Assembly (NCBI GenBank): GCA_963719085.1
Contig: CAVRAL010000004.1
Location: forward strand, 832,001-896,000
Length of the DNA stretch: 64,000 nucleotides
DNA from: a candidate division FCPU426 bacterium
Lineage (GTDB): Bacteria; Oederibacteriota; Muellerivitia; Muellerivitales; Muellerivitaceae
Direction: 5' to 3'
This document shows positions 19,782-29,532 of the stretch, piece by piece. Every line of letters begins with the position of its first letter. Position 1 is the first letter of the stretch. A program made the position numbers and the translations under genes. The notes beneath the pieces are model-generated. The model was not told where the DNA came from and made no database searches. It worked only from the letters and a program-made list of their open reading frames with translations.

Positions 19782-21737
19782 ATGCTCGAATTACAATCCT
19801 TGCAGGTTCTTTCCACCGTGAATTGCGGATGGCTTTGGATGATCGCCGGCGTGCCCCTATTGGGCGCCTTGGTGAACGCCTTTTTGGCTTTACGGCCCCA
19901 TCCCTCGAACTCCGCGGCCTTGAGCGGCGCCATCGCTTTGACCGGGTCCGGGCTTTCTTTTTTCCTGTCTTTCCTGGCCTTTCTTGTTTTTAAAAACCTG
20001 CCGGATAACACGGTTCTTTTCCAAAATTTGTTGGATTGGATGGATGTCTCCCACCTGCGATTCGCCGTGGGATTTCAATTGGACGATTTGTCCCTGGTCA
20101 TGGTTCTTTTCATCACTTGGATCGCCGGATGGATCCACCTTTACGCCGTGGGGAGCCTCAAACACGAGCCGGGTCTGGGCCGGTATTTGGCCTGCTTGAA
20201 CCTGCTTCTTTTTTTCATGTTGGTTTTGGTCATGGCCGACGGCCTGCTGTTGTTGTTTTTAGGATGGGTGGGAGTGGGTTTTTGCGCGGTCTTTCTGATC
20301 GGATTCGGTTCGCCCAAGGCGGCCCAGAAGGCCCTGGCGATCCACCGCGTCAGCGACGGGGCCTTCCTGATCGGCTTGACGCTGGTGGTGGCCCTCACCG
20401 GAACGCTTAATTTCAACGACCTGGAAACCTTGCGCCAGGACTTTCATGAGGGAACCGCCACCCTTATTTGCCTTTGTTTCCTCGCGGCGGCTTTGGGCAA
20501 GTCGGCCCAGTTTCCCCTGTCCACCTGGCTGGCGGACTCCTCCTTGGGGCCCGTGCCGGGCATCGGGCTTCTTTACGCCGTCACCTTGGGGACCACGGGG
20601 GTTTATCTCATCGCCCGGCTTCATTTTATTTTCGTTTTGGCGCCCTGGGCCACCACGGTCATGGCCTTGGCTGGAATGGTCACGGCTTTGGGCGGTATTT
20701 TTTTGGCGTCGGCGCAAACCCAGCTCAAAAAAATATTGGCCTATTCCACCGTCTCCCAATTGGGTTTGATGTTTTTGGGGCTGGGCGTGAGCGCCTACAC
20801 CGCGGGGCTTTTTCATTTGATCACCCACGGCTTTTTTAAGACCGTTCTTTTCCTGGCCGCGGGTTCCGTCATCGGGATGCTGAAGGGCGAGCAGGACATC
20901 CGCAAGATGGGCGGGCTTTTAAAAAAAATGCCGCTGACCAGTCTGGCTTTTTTATTGGCCTGGCTTTCGGCGTGCGGCCTTCCGCCCTTCTCGGGCTTTT
21001 TCAGCGAGAACGAGATTTTGTGGCGGGCCTTGGCCACGCCCAATCCCTTGATTCCCTGGCTTCCGGAGGTGCTTTATGGCGCCGGACTCTTGGTGGCCGG
21101 TTTGACGGCTTACGCGCTCACCCGGATGCTCGCCCTGGCTTTTTTCGGCTCGGAGAAAATCGAGCGGGACCCGGGGGAGCATTTCAATGATTCCCCGCTG
21201 GTCATGACGGTGCCCCTGTTGATTCTGGCCTTGATTTCACTGGGGATTGGATGGATCGGCCTTCCGGAGGCCATCGGCGGCGGCGCCCATCTGGACCGAT
21301 TCCTCGATTCCACCTTCCGTCTTTCCACGCTGGAGTCCAACGGCATCGCGGGCAATTGGCAGCCCATCCTCATGCTGGTTTTCTTGGCGGTGGTTTTGCT
21401 GGGAGTGGGCGTGGCTTGGACTTTTTTCCGTCCCCGGCACAAACGTTCCCCGGCGTTTTTTCATTGGATGGAGCAGGCCGGCAAGGCCGAGGAGCCCTGG
21501 TTTGGGCTGGACGATTTTTACGAGAAGACCCTGATGGGCGGTTTGCGCCGGGCGGCCTATTGGGTCTGCCAGCGGTTGATCGACGAGATTTTGCTCGAGT
21601 CGCTCACGCGTCTGCTGGGCCGCGCCGCCGCCGGCTGGGTCCGGGCCTTGAAAAAAAGCCGCGTTGGCTGGGCGCAATTTTATTTTGTTTATGTTTTCAT
21701 CGGCGCGTCATTGTTGGTTTATTTCGCCTTTCATTAA
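19782..21737 (+). CDS. NuoL/ND5-like antiporter-type membrane subunit (divergent)
   Basis: Motifs GKSAQFPL, KKILAYSTVSQLG, FHLITHGFFK and QDIRKMGGL. Confidence 0.85.
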   Translation: MLELQSLQVLSTVNCGWLWMIAGVPLLGALVNAFLALRPHPSNSAALSGAIALTGSGLSFFLSFLAFLVFKNLPDNTVLFQNLLDWMDVSHLRFAVGFQLDDLSLVMVLFITWIAGWIHLYAVGSLKHEPGLGRYLACLNLLLFFMLVLVMADGLLLLFLGWVGVGFCAVFLIGFGSPKAAQKALAIHRVSDGAFLIGLTLVVALTGTLNFNDLETLRQDFHEGTATLICLCFLAAALGKSAQFPLSTWLADSSLGPVPGIGLLYAVTLGTTGVYLIARLHFIFVLAPWATTVMALAGMVTALGGIFLASAQTQLKKILAYSTVSQLGLMFLGLGVSAYTAGLFHLITHGFFKTVLFLAAGSVIGMLKGEQDIRKMGGLLKKMPLTSLAFLLAWLSACGLPPFSGFFSENEILWRALATPNPLIPWLPEVLYGAGLLVAGLTAYALTRMLALAFFGSEKIERDPGEHFNDSPLVMTVPLLILALISLGIGWIGLPEAIGGGAHLDRFLDSTFRLSTLESNGIAGNWQPILMLVFLAVVLLGVGVAWTFFRPRHKRSPAFFHWMEQAGKAEEPWFGLDDFYEKTLMGGLRRAAYWVCQRLIDEILLESLTRLLGRAAAGWVRALKKSRVGWAQFYFVYVFIGASLLVYFAFH

Positions 21738-21758
21738 TTTTTTAGCCGGGAGCTATCC

Positions 21759-23270
21759 GTGACTCTTTCGTGGATTTTGGGGCTGCCTTTGGTCGGCGCC
21801 CTGCTTATATTTTTGTCGCCCCGCGCCAAAAGCGGCTGGTGGCTCGCGCTGGGTGTGGCACTGGCGACTTTTTTGTTGTCCCTCAAGTTTTATCTCAACT
21901 TCGATGCTTTTGACGGCGGGTTTCAGTTCGCCGAAAAGCTGGATTTGGGCGCCTGGCTGGGCTTTCACGACAATCTGGGGTTGGACGGGATTTCCTTAGG
22001 ATTCGTCCTGCTCACCACCTTTTTGACGCCGCTGGGCGTGGCCGCGGATTTGGAAAACCGGCGGGGCCGGGACAAGGGCTTTTACGCCTGCCTGCTTATT
22101 TTGGAGTCCGCCGCGCTTTGCGCCTTCGCCGCTGATGATTTATTTTTGTTTTTCCTTTCTTGGGAGAGCGTTTTGGTGGTTCTTTTTTATCTGTTCCGTT
22201 TTTTTGGCGCCGCGCGCCGGGTTCCCGCCGTGTTTCAATTTGTTTTTTTCACGATGGGGGCGTCGCTGCTTCTGCTTTTCGGGCTTTTGATGCTGGTCCA
22301 ACACACCCATACCTTTGGCTACTTTGAGATTTTCGACCAGACCCTGCCGGATGATCTTCAATTTTGGTGTTTTTTGGCGCTCACGGCCGCCTTTTTGATC
22401 CAGATCCCGGTCCCGCCTTTTCACGGCTGGATGTCGGACCTTTACGCCGAGGCCCCCTTGGGGGGGGCGTTGTTCTTGACCGCGCTTTTTTCCTCCTTGG
22501 GGGTTTACGGGTTGGTGCGCTACTCCATCCCCCTTTTTCCCTACGCCGCCAAAGCCTTCGCGCCCGTGTTTCTGCTTTTAGGACTGGCCGTGATCATCTA
22601 TGGAAGCCTCCGCGCCGCGCTCCAGACCGATCCCAAACGCCTGGCGGCGTCTTTCGGCTTGTCCCAATCGGGCTGGATACTTTTAGGCTTTTTTAGTTTT
22701 TCCATGACCGGTTTCCAAGGCGCGCTGCTTTTGATGCTGGCGCTGGCGGTTTCCCTGGCGTTTTTTTTCGTGGTGCTGGGCATGGTATTGAGGCGGCGGG
22801 AAAGCCGGGAGCTGGATCGGTTCGGCGGATGGCTTTTAAGGACGCCCCGGCTGGCCTTGGCTTTTTTAGGCGCGCTTTTGAGTCTGGCCGCGGTGCCGGG
22901 TTCGGGGGAATTCAGCGGAATTTTTTTAATTTTGATTTCAGTTTATAAGGCCTCGCCGCTTTTAGGGCTATTGGCGGCGGGCACCTTTATTTTCTCGGCT
23001 TGGTCGCTGATTCTTTTGTTCCAGAAAATCTTCCTGGGCGCTTCCGGCCCGGCCAAACACCCGGCGAAGATCGACGACCTTTCATTGCGGGAGGGGTTTT
23101 TGCTTCTGCCTTTTCTCGCGGTCATCCTTTGGATCGGCGTCAGCCCGAATAGTTTGCTGCAGCCCATGGAAAAAACCGTCCAACTCAACGTTTTACAGAG
23201 GCTGAACACCCTGCCGGTGATGACCGACTTCGCGGCGTACCAGCGCATGCTTCAGGGACAAAAACACTAG
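21759..23270 (+). CDS. NuoM/ND4-like antiporter-type membrane subunit (degenerate)
   Basis: Motifs LGLDGIS, FFLSWE, PPFHGW...EAP, GVYGLVR and LWIGVSP. Confidence 0.8.
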   Translation: MTLSWILGLPLVGALLIFLSPRAKSGWWLALGVALATFLLSLKFYLNFDAFDGGFQFAEKLDLGAWLGFHDNLGLDGISLGFVLLTTFLTPLGVAADLENRRGRDKGFYACLLILESAALCAFAADDLFLFFLSWESVLVVLFYLFRFFGAARRVPAVFQFVFFTMGASLLLLFGLLMLVQHTHTFGYFEIFDQTLPDDLQFWCFLALTAAFLIQIPVPPFHGWMSDLYAEAPLGGALFLTALFSSLGVYGLVRYSIPLFPYAAKAFAPVFLLLGLAVIIYGSLRAALQTDPKRLAASFGLSQSGWILLGFFSFSMTGFQGALLLMLALAVSLAFFFVVLGMVLRRRESRELDRFGGWLLRTPRLALAFLGALLSLAAVPGSGEFSGIFLILISVYKASPLLGLLAAGTFIFSAWSLILLFQKIFLGASGPAKHPAKIDDLSLREGFLLLPFLAVILWIGVSPNSLLQPMEKTVQLNVLQRLNTLPVMTDFAAYQRMLQGQKH

Positions 23271-23323
23271 AAAGCGCCTCAAAGCCCGTTTTAAAATGAA
23301 CGGACCTTTTTACGGAGGGAACA

Positions 23324-23890
23324 ATGGCGAAAGTCGATTTGGATGAGCTGGGACCCCTTGAGAATCTGGTGGGGACTTTCAAAGGGACCAAGGGCGACGA
23401 TACCGCCCCCTCGGATGACCGCGGCACGGAGAAAAACCCCTACCATGAGGTGATTGTTTTTACGCATATCCTGCCCGCCGTCAACCACGAGCAGACGCTT
23501 TACGGCCTCCGGTACCACCAGCAGGTCTTCCGCCACAACGAGGAATTTTCTTTTCATGACCAAGTGGGATACTGGCACTGGGATCCCAAGGCGAAGCTGG
23601 TGATGCAGTCGCTGACCATCGCGCGGGGGATGGCGGCGCTGGCGGGCGGCCCGGCGCGGAGCGGCTCCAAATCGTTCAAATTAAAAGCGCAGCTGGGTTC
23701 CAAGACCTTCGGAATCGCCTCCAACCCATTTTTGGATAAGGAATTCCAGACGGTGGCGTACTCGATTCAAATCGCTTTTTTGGATGAGGACACTTTCACC
23801 TACGATCAAACGACCAAAATTCATATCAAGGGACAGCCGAAAATTTTCGAGCACCGGGACAAGAACACGTTAAAACGGGTGAAGGTTTGA
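23324..23890 (+). CDS. Nitrobindin/FABP-like (THAP4-like) heme-binding beta-barrel protein
   Basis: Motifs LGPL..LVG, QTLYGLRYH, FHDQVGYW and FEHRDKNTL. Confidence 0.75.
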   Translation: MAKVDLDELGPLENLVGTFKGTKGDDTAPSDDRGTEKNPYHEVIVFTHILPAVNHEQTLYGLRYHQQVFRHNEEFSFHDQVGYWHWDPKAKLVMQSLTIARGMAALAGGPARSGSKSFKLKAQLGSKTFGIASNPFLDKEFQTVAYSIQIAFLDEDTFTYDQTTKIHIKGQPKIFEHRDKNTLKRVKV

Positions 23891-23923
23891 AAAGACTTCC
23901 AGGCTAAATCAAAACATGATTTA

Positions 23924-24038
23924 CCGCCAAGACGCCAAGAAACCAAAACGAGATGATTTAGTTCTTAATGTGTGCCAAAAATCGTAAACAATTATTTTCT
24001 ATGGTCTTAGTTTTTCTTGGCGAACTTGGCGTCTTGCG
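23924..24038. repeat. REP-like palindrome (CGCCAAGACGCCAAG family)
   Basis: CCGCCAAGACGCCAAG ... CTTGGCGTCTTGCG arms between convergent genes. Confidence 0.65.
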
Positions 24039-24125
24039 CCGCCCCCCTTTGAAAATAATAACGAGGGCCGTATGTCCCGCTTGGTTGGCCCGGGAAGGGC
24101 CAGCGGAGCGGTGAAATGGTTTGGA

Positions 24126-25154
24126 TTATTTTACTTGTATAGTGGCTTTGATGCCTTTGCAAGTTGGGAAAGTCCCCGCGGTCAGCCGCTGTTGAACGGC
24201 TTGGTTCCCCTTGAGATAGGCGTCCCAAAAAGCCAAGGTGGCTTGTTCCACGTAAGAATGAAAACGGAAGCCGCCCCGGCTTCCGTCCAATTGCCGGTCG
24301 CTGAAATCCATGTGGCTGGCTCCCTGCAGGACAATATCAAATTTATGATGGGCCGGCAGGTGTTTGAAAACTTCGGCGCGCCAATCGGCGGGTTCGCCGT
24401 TCAGCCCGTGGTCCTGGCTCCCGCGGATGATCAGTACCGGCCGCAGGATGGGCCGGAAGGATTCCAGGTCAAAGCCGACGGTGGAGGTTCCGGGCGGCGA
24501 CAGCGCCTCAAAGCAAGTCACCCGGTTGTCTTGGAAACGGCGCGCCGATCCGTCCGAAAGATGCGCGGTGGCGCCCGCCACGGCCAAAGCCGTATAGGCC
24601 CCGAAGGAATGCCCGGCTACGCCGATGTGGGTCGGGTCCATCCGGCCCTGTAAATCGGAGATCTTGGTTTCAATGGAAGCCAGGGAATCGATGATGAAAG
24701 AAATATCCAGGGGACGGTCCGTGAGGTTTTCATCCTTTTGCGTGGACAGCACGATGGCCCGCAGGCTGGCCAGGGGCCTTCCTTTTTTCGAGAGGGTCGT
24801 GTCACTGCCCTTGTGGGTGATGAAGACGCAAAGATAACCGTGCTCGGCCCAATAACGGCCCAGGTAGCCGTAGGATTCTTTCGAGCTTCCGGCCTCCGGG
24901 GAAAAAAGAATAACCGGAAGGCGGCCGGGGATGTCGGCGTCCCGGGGATCGAAAATTTTGATCGGCACGTCCCGGTCGCGCGCGTCGTCATGCAGAACCA
25001 AGACTTGGGTATTCACGACCACCTTGGCCACATGGGGCTTGGCCTGAAGCGCGGCCGGCAAGACGAGCGGGAGCGCCGCCGCGATGAGTCGAATGAGATT
25101 TTGAAAAGACAGGCGCAAGCCGGGTTCCTTGGGGCCTAAATAGCGACGGGCCAT
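24126..25154 (-). CDS. Secreted alpha/beta hydrolase (dienelactone hydrolase/PAF-AH-like)
   Basis: Nucleophile elbow GHSFG, DRPLDISF, GSQD and SHMDF. Confidence 0.8.
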   Translation of the reverse strand: MARRYLGPKEPGLRLSFQNLIRLIAAALPLVLPAALQAKPHVAKVVVNTQVLVLHDDARDRDVPIKIFDPRDADIPGRLPVILFSPEAGSSKESYGYLGRYWAEHGYLCVFITHKGSDTTLSKKGRPLASLRAIVLSTQKDENLTDRPLDISFIIDSLASIETKISDLQGRMDPTHIGVAGHSFGAYTALAVAGATAHLSDGSARRFQDNRVTCFEALSPPGTSTVGFDLESFRPILRPVLIIRGSQDHGLNGEPADWRAEVFKHLPAHHKFDIVLQGASHMDFSDRQLDGSRGGFRFHSYVEQATLAFWDAYLKGNQAVQQRLTAGTFPTCKGIKATIQVK

Positions 25155-25249
25155 TATCGCCGATCCGTCCCGAGTCGGGCGGGAAAGTTGATTTTCGCCC
25201 CGCCTTTGGATAAAAAGACCGGGGCGTATTTTGCCCCCAAGGAGACTCT

Positions 25250-25585
25250 ATGAAAACCATTGGATTACTGTTTCTGTCGAATATCTTCATGACTTTCGCC
25301 TGGTACGGCCACTTAAAGACCCTTAGGGACAAGCCCTTGATGGTGGCGGTCTTGGTCAGTTGGGGGATCGCTTTTTTTGAGTACCTACTCCAAGTGCCCG
25401 CCAACCGCATTGGGTATGGAACCTTTTCCCTCGCCCAACTCAAGATCATCCAAGAGATCATCACCATGGTGGTTTTCGCCGGATTCGCCGTGCTTTATAT
25501 GAAAAAGACCTTCAACGCGGATTTTCTTTACGCGGGTCTTTGCATGGTCGGCGCGGCTTATTTTATTTTTAGGCAAACAGAGTAG
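25250..25585 (+). CDS. DMT-superfamily small membrane protein (DUF486-like)
   Basis: Motifs SNIFMTFAWYGHLK, QVPANRIG and QLKIIQE. Confidence 0.85.
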   Translation: MKTIGLLFLSNIFMTFAWYGHLKTLRDKPLMVAVLVSWGIAFFEYLLQVPANRIGYGTFSLAQLKIIQEIITMVVFAGFAVLYMKKTFNADFLYAGLCMVGAAYFIFRQTE

Positions 25586-25778
25586 TCCAGTTACGAAAAA
25601 AAGCCGCTTAACGGACTGGGCAAACGAAGTAGTCCAGCCACCAAGCAAGTCTTTAACAAAAGCTGGGCAAACGGAGTAGTCCAGTTACGAAAGAAAGCCG
25701 CTTAACGGACTGGGCAAACGCAGTAGTCCAGCCACCAAGCAAGTCTTTAATAAAAGCTGGGCAAACGGAGTAGTCCGG
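25569..25778. repeat. Array of five 22-bp repeats with 25-bp alternating spacers (47-bp period)
   Basis: CTGGGCAAACGNAGTAGTCCAG at 25569 (degenerate), 25616, 25663, 25710 and 25757. Confidence 0.9.
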
Positions 25779-26040
25779 TTACAAAAGGATTATTTAGTCA
25801 AAGCTGGAGATGCGGGCGCGTCGGCGGGGCAGTAGCTTGCCTCCAATCCTCAGAGGATGGGGAGTAAATCATTTAACCGAAAAATGATTTTATAAAGAAC
25901 CCGTTTAATTGTTAAAAGTAACCTACGTGAAACTTGCTTAAAAAAAATGAAAAGGGATGATATCGGCCAGCACTAACTTCTCATTTTGATAGGCCAAAAT
26001 GATAGGCCCCATGAGAAGACAGCCCTGAAAGGCTGGCCCC

Positions 26041-26937
26041 ATGAACCGATCCATCTTTGTGCTTTTGTTAATGGCTTTCGCCGCCATGCCCCTGGCTTGT
26101 GACTGCGGCAAGATGGATCCCACGGACCCGACCGGCAATAGCGGCACCCTCACCGCCCCCGCGACCACTTCCGGCACTGTGACGCCGCTTCCGACGTCGA
26201 CTGAAACCAATACGCCCACCATCACCCAAACGCCGACGGCCACCACCACGCTCACCCCCGAACCGACCCACACCTTCACCGCCACGATGACCTTCACTAA
26301 AACTTCAACTCCGACAGTCACCTGGACCTACACGCCCTCCAACACGCCCACAATTACGCCAACGGTCACTCCGACCTTTACGCCCACGACTACCCCGACC
26401 AAGACACCAACCTTAACGCCCACTTCAACGCCGACGAGCACACCCACCACTACCCCGACAGCTTGCGCGAACACGACTCCCGTTGGGAATATGACCAACA
26501 ACGCCCAAGTTGGAAGTATTCCGGCAAATCACATTACGCTAATGGAAGTAGCTGTTGCCGGAAGTGGATTGGCGCAGGTGTTGGATGTGAAATTCGGGGT
26601 TCAAACAGCTGCTTCGCCCAATCCTCAAGTTTATGTTGGGATTTATGGGGACAGCGGTGGTTCGCCATCAACACTAGTTGCGAGTAGTGACCTCAGCTCT
26701 TATGGAACCGGAATCAATACTGTTTCATTTTCTCCCCGGGTCTATTTGGCGCCTGGGAATTATTGGATCGGTCTTTCGCCTACGGCAAGTATTCCCGATT
26801 TGCTTTTCTTAAGCACGAATCCGGGGCCATCGGTCGCTTATTCAACCGGGGCCGGACCCACTTTACCGTCTACCCTTGCGACCCCGACTGGCTCGGTTCC
26901 GGATGCGATGCAAATTTGGTTGGAATATTGTCAGTAG
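26041..26937 (+). CDS. Lipoprotein with Thr/Pro-rich stalk and C-terminal beta-rich domain
   Basis: Lipobox-like PLAC, a long TPT-repeat linker and VYVGIYGDSGGSP...GNYWIG. Confidence 0.75.
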   Translation: MNRSIFVLLLMAFAAMPLACDCGKMDPTDPTGNSGTLTAPATTSGTVTPLPTSTETNTPTITQTPTATTTLTPEPTHTFTATMTFTKTSTPTVTWTYTPSNTPTITPTVTPTFTPTTTPTKTPTLTPTSTPTSTPTTTPTACANTTPVGNMTNNAQVGSIPANHITLMEVAVAGSGLAQVLDVKFGVQTAASPNPQVYVGIYGDSGGSPSTLVASSDLSSYGTGINTVSFSPRVYLAPGNYWIGLSPTASIPDLLFLSTNPGPSVAYSTGAGPTLPSTLATPTGSVPDAMQIWLEYCQ

Positions 26938-26940
26938 AGA

Positions 26941-28410
26941 TTAGTTAAAGCGGTAGGAAGCGGCGATGTGGGTTCGGTATAAATCACCGTAAGCACTTGG
27001 ATCATTCACGACCGAAGGCTGATCCCACGAGACGCCCAAGTCCAAACTTAAATTTTTATCCTGATAACCGATGCCAGCTAGGATGGTCGTGCTGATGATT
27101 TCCTGTCCCGGATGGACGGGAAAATAAAAATCGTCCTCGTCCACGGTGCCCGTGTTGTTTTGGTCCTCGACAATGACCCCCATGCGAAAAGCCCAGCTTT
27201 TAGACAGGTTTCGTTCTCCGCCGATTGATATTTTGTAGTCGAAATAATTGTTGTTCGCGGTGACAGCGGAAGAGTTGCTTTGAGTTCCCGTGACTCCGGA
27301 TAATGCGGCTTGGACACCAAGGGTAAAATCTTGCGGAGCTTCCACGCCTAGCCCCAAGATGCCTGTCCAGCCTGTCACATTAAAGCCCCCATTAGGATTT
27401 TCAGTTGAATCAAATGTATTCTCAGTTTGATTCTCAATCGTGAAATCACCGCCAGTTTTTAAATTGATTCCGGTCGAAAGAGGGCTTGTCATCTTAAAGA
27501 CCGCGGTGCCCTCGGAAATGTTCTCGTTGCCAAGGTTAAAATTGGCGACATTGGGTATCGAAGTGGCATCAGTGGAGTCTTGATGAAATCCCAGGTTCCA
27601 GGTGACAAAGCGTCCAGTTAATCCAGCCTCGAATTTCCCCGGGCTGTCAAAGTAGATTTCAGGACCCCAAAGTAAAAGATTGTTGGTTGTAATTGTTTGA
27701 GTCACGGTGAAATTAGTCGAAAGTAAACTGTTGAAAGCTTGTAAGTTTTTTATTTCATCGAATTGGCCCAACTGTGTCCCCGCGATTCCCCCGATTCGAA
27801 GATGATCTTGATTCGGGTTCGACGCCCCTAGCAAGTTGATCAACAGGCCGCCGGTTCCTTCTAAGTTGTTATTGGTGCCGCTACCGGAAGTGATTTGATT
27901 GTTCACATTAAACTGATAGGGGCTGATGGTTAGGTTGGTTTGCTCAGGTTGAATTTCGGCGCCCAAGGTGAAGATGCCGAAGTTATAGGCCATTCGGCCC
28001 AATTCGCGGGTGCGGTCATTGGTGGCGATATGATCTCCCGAGTCGTTTTGGCCTTCAGTGTGCAAGGTGTCCCCGTCGGCTTGTAGGGCCCAGTTGGGGT
28101 TTAAAAAAGCAATAAGCCCGTGGTACTTCGTCACGTCATCGTTGAATTGACTCATGCTTCCATAAATGTGGAAAAGACCGTCCGAGGGGGAAGCGTCTTT
28201 GGCCCATTCGGCGGCCGCGTCAAAACGGGTTTGGGGAGTTAACAACGCGAGACCCGCGGGGTTTCCCAAGGTGAAGGGGTTAACCGCGACCGACTCGTCC
28301 GTGATAACAAGGGAAAGGTCACCGGTCGAATCGACCCGTGTGTCGGAGGCGTGGCTGGGGCTTTGGGAAAGAAGGAGTATGGAAATTGCCCAAAGCAGAG
28401 CTTTTTTCAT
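26941..28410 (-). CDS. Hypothetical outer-membrane beta-barrel protein
   Basis: Signal peptide, NPAGLA (FadL-like N-terminal motif), alternating beta strands and C-terminal YRFN. Confidence 0.6.
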   Translation of the reverse strand: MKKALLWAISILLLSQSPSHASDTRVDSTGDLSLVITDESVAVNPFTLGNPAGLALLTPQTRFDAAAEWAKDASPSDGLFHIYGSMSQFNDDVTKYHGLIAFLNPNWALQADGDTLHTEGQNDSGDHIATNDRTRELGRMAYNFGIFTLGAEIQPEQTNLTISPYQFNVNNQITSGSGTNNNLEGTGGLLINLLGASNPNQDHLRIGGIAGTQLGQFDEIKNLQAFNSLLSTNFTVTQTITTNNLLLWGPEIYFDSPGKFEAGLTGRFVTWNLGFHQDSTDATSIPNVANFNLGNENISEGTAVFKMTSPLSTGINLKTGGDFTIENQTENTFDSTENPNGGFNVTGWTGILGLGVEAPQDFTLGVQAALSGVTGTQSNSSAVTANNNYFDYKISIGGERNLSKSWAFRMGVIVEDQNNTGTVDEDDFYFPVHPGQEIISTTILAGIGYQDKNLSLDLGVSWDQPSVVNDPSAYGDLYRTHIAASYRFN

Positions 28411-28569
28411 CGGTTTACCCTAAGACGGAATTGGGGTGAGTATAGCATGGGCCCGCGGGCTTGCTTTCAAAAATGGGCTGGTTCCAGTCTCCCGATTCAA
28501 GGCCTGGGAAGGTATAATTTATCCTCAATTGGAAAGCTGTTACTTATATATAAAGAAAAGGGCGAAGAC

Positions 28570-29532
28570 ATGAAAAAGTTTTTTCCGGCGATTCTGGGTT
28601 TAGTTTTAGCGGTTGCGACAGGAGCCCCCTTGTGGGCGCAAGATGGAACCCCCGTGCCTGCGCCGCCGGACTTGGGTGGAACCGCGCCGCCCTCCATGCC
28701 GGATTTAAGCGCGATCGAGCTTCCGCCCCTGCCCGCCTCCAGCCCCGCGGTGGCCGCGCCCACGACCAGCATTGAGGAAGCCCCGATTCCACAGCCCTCG
28801 GTGAAAATGACGCCAACCCCTGTCCCGGCCGTGATGGCCCCTCCGCCTCCGCCGCTGCCAACTCCCACCGTGAAAGTGAATGCGCCTGTCCCGACGGCGG
28901 TTCCGACTAAAGTTCTTCCGCCTCCGCCCGCTCCGGCGCCCCCGAGTGAGTCTTCAGCGGCTCCAGCCGCTTCCGTGCCCGCCGCCGCGACGGGCGGTAT
29001 CGGGGATTATTTTCCTTGGACCCAAGGTCAAAGGTTGAATTATGAATATTTAAAACCCGCCGCGGGCTCGACGGTGAAAAAGACCCGGGTGGTGGAATGT
29101 TTGGAAGACACGACCATGCCCAACGGCACGGTTCACTTCACTTTAAAAACCACCGAGGGCGCCCAAGTGGTTCAGGATAAATACTCGCTTCTGGACAACC
29201 GGGTGGAGCATACCTTCGCGGGCAAGATGGCTTTGACCGGACACACCATCCTTGAATTGCCGGCGGGCGGGCAGTCGCTGGAGTGGCAGTTAAAGGGCGG
29301 CGATGGATTAACCCACGCTTATAAGGCTTTTTTCGGCAAGGCCCAGGTTTATCAGAAGGTTTATCCTGATTGCGTGATCGTCATCGATAAGGGGCTTCAA
29401 GGGACCAAGCCGGTTTCCACCCGCATCGACTATTACGCCAAGGGGATCGGTTTGGTGGCGGTGGAGAGCTACGCGCCCGGGATGAAGCTGGTCCAAACCG
29501 AATCGCTGGCTTTGGTGGAATCTGGCCAATAA
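28570..29532 (+). CDS. Secreted Pro-rich hypothetical protein
   Basis: MKKFF signal peptide, Pro/Ala linker and a C-terminal DYFP...YYAKGIGLV domain. Confidence 0.65.
   Translation: MKKFFPAILGLVLAVATGAPLWAQDGTPVPAPPDLGGTAPPSMPDLSAIELPPLPASSPAVAAPTTSIEEAPIPQPSVKMTPTPVPAVMAPPPPPLPTPTVKVNAPVPTAVPTKVLPPPPAPAPPSESSAAPAASVPAAATGGIGDYFPWTQGQRLNYEYLKPAAGSTVKKTRVVECLEDTTMPNGTVHFTLKTTEGAQVVQDKYSLLDNRVEHTFAGKMALTGHTILELPAGGQSLEWQLKGGDGLTHAYKAFFGKAQVYQKVYPDCVIVIDKGLQGTKPVSTRIDYYAKGIGLVAVESYAPGMKLVQTESLALVESGQ

Noticed and set aside
19782..23270. Part of a complete complex I, Mrp or DAB operon
   Set aside because: The flanking genes are a porin and a nitrobindin-like protein. No partner subunits are present.
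25616..25700. c-di-GMP-I riboswitch (GGCAAAC seed)
   Set aside because: It lacks the GNRA tetraloop/receptor and the GCAAAGC second stem.
25569..25778. Bona fide CRISPR array
   Set aside because: The spacers are duplicated (A,B,A,B), the repeat and spacers are short, and no cas genes or clear leader are present. Kept only as an unexplained repeat.
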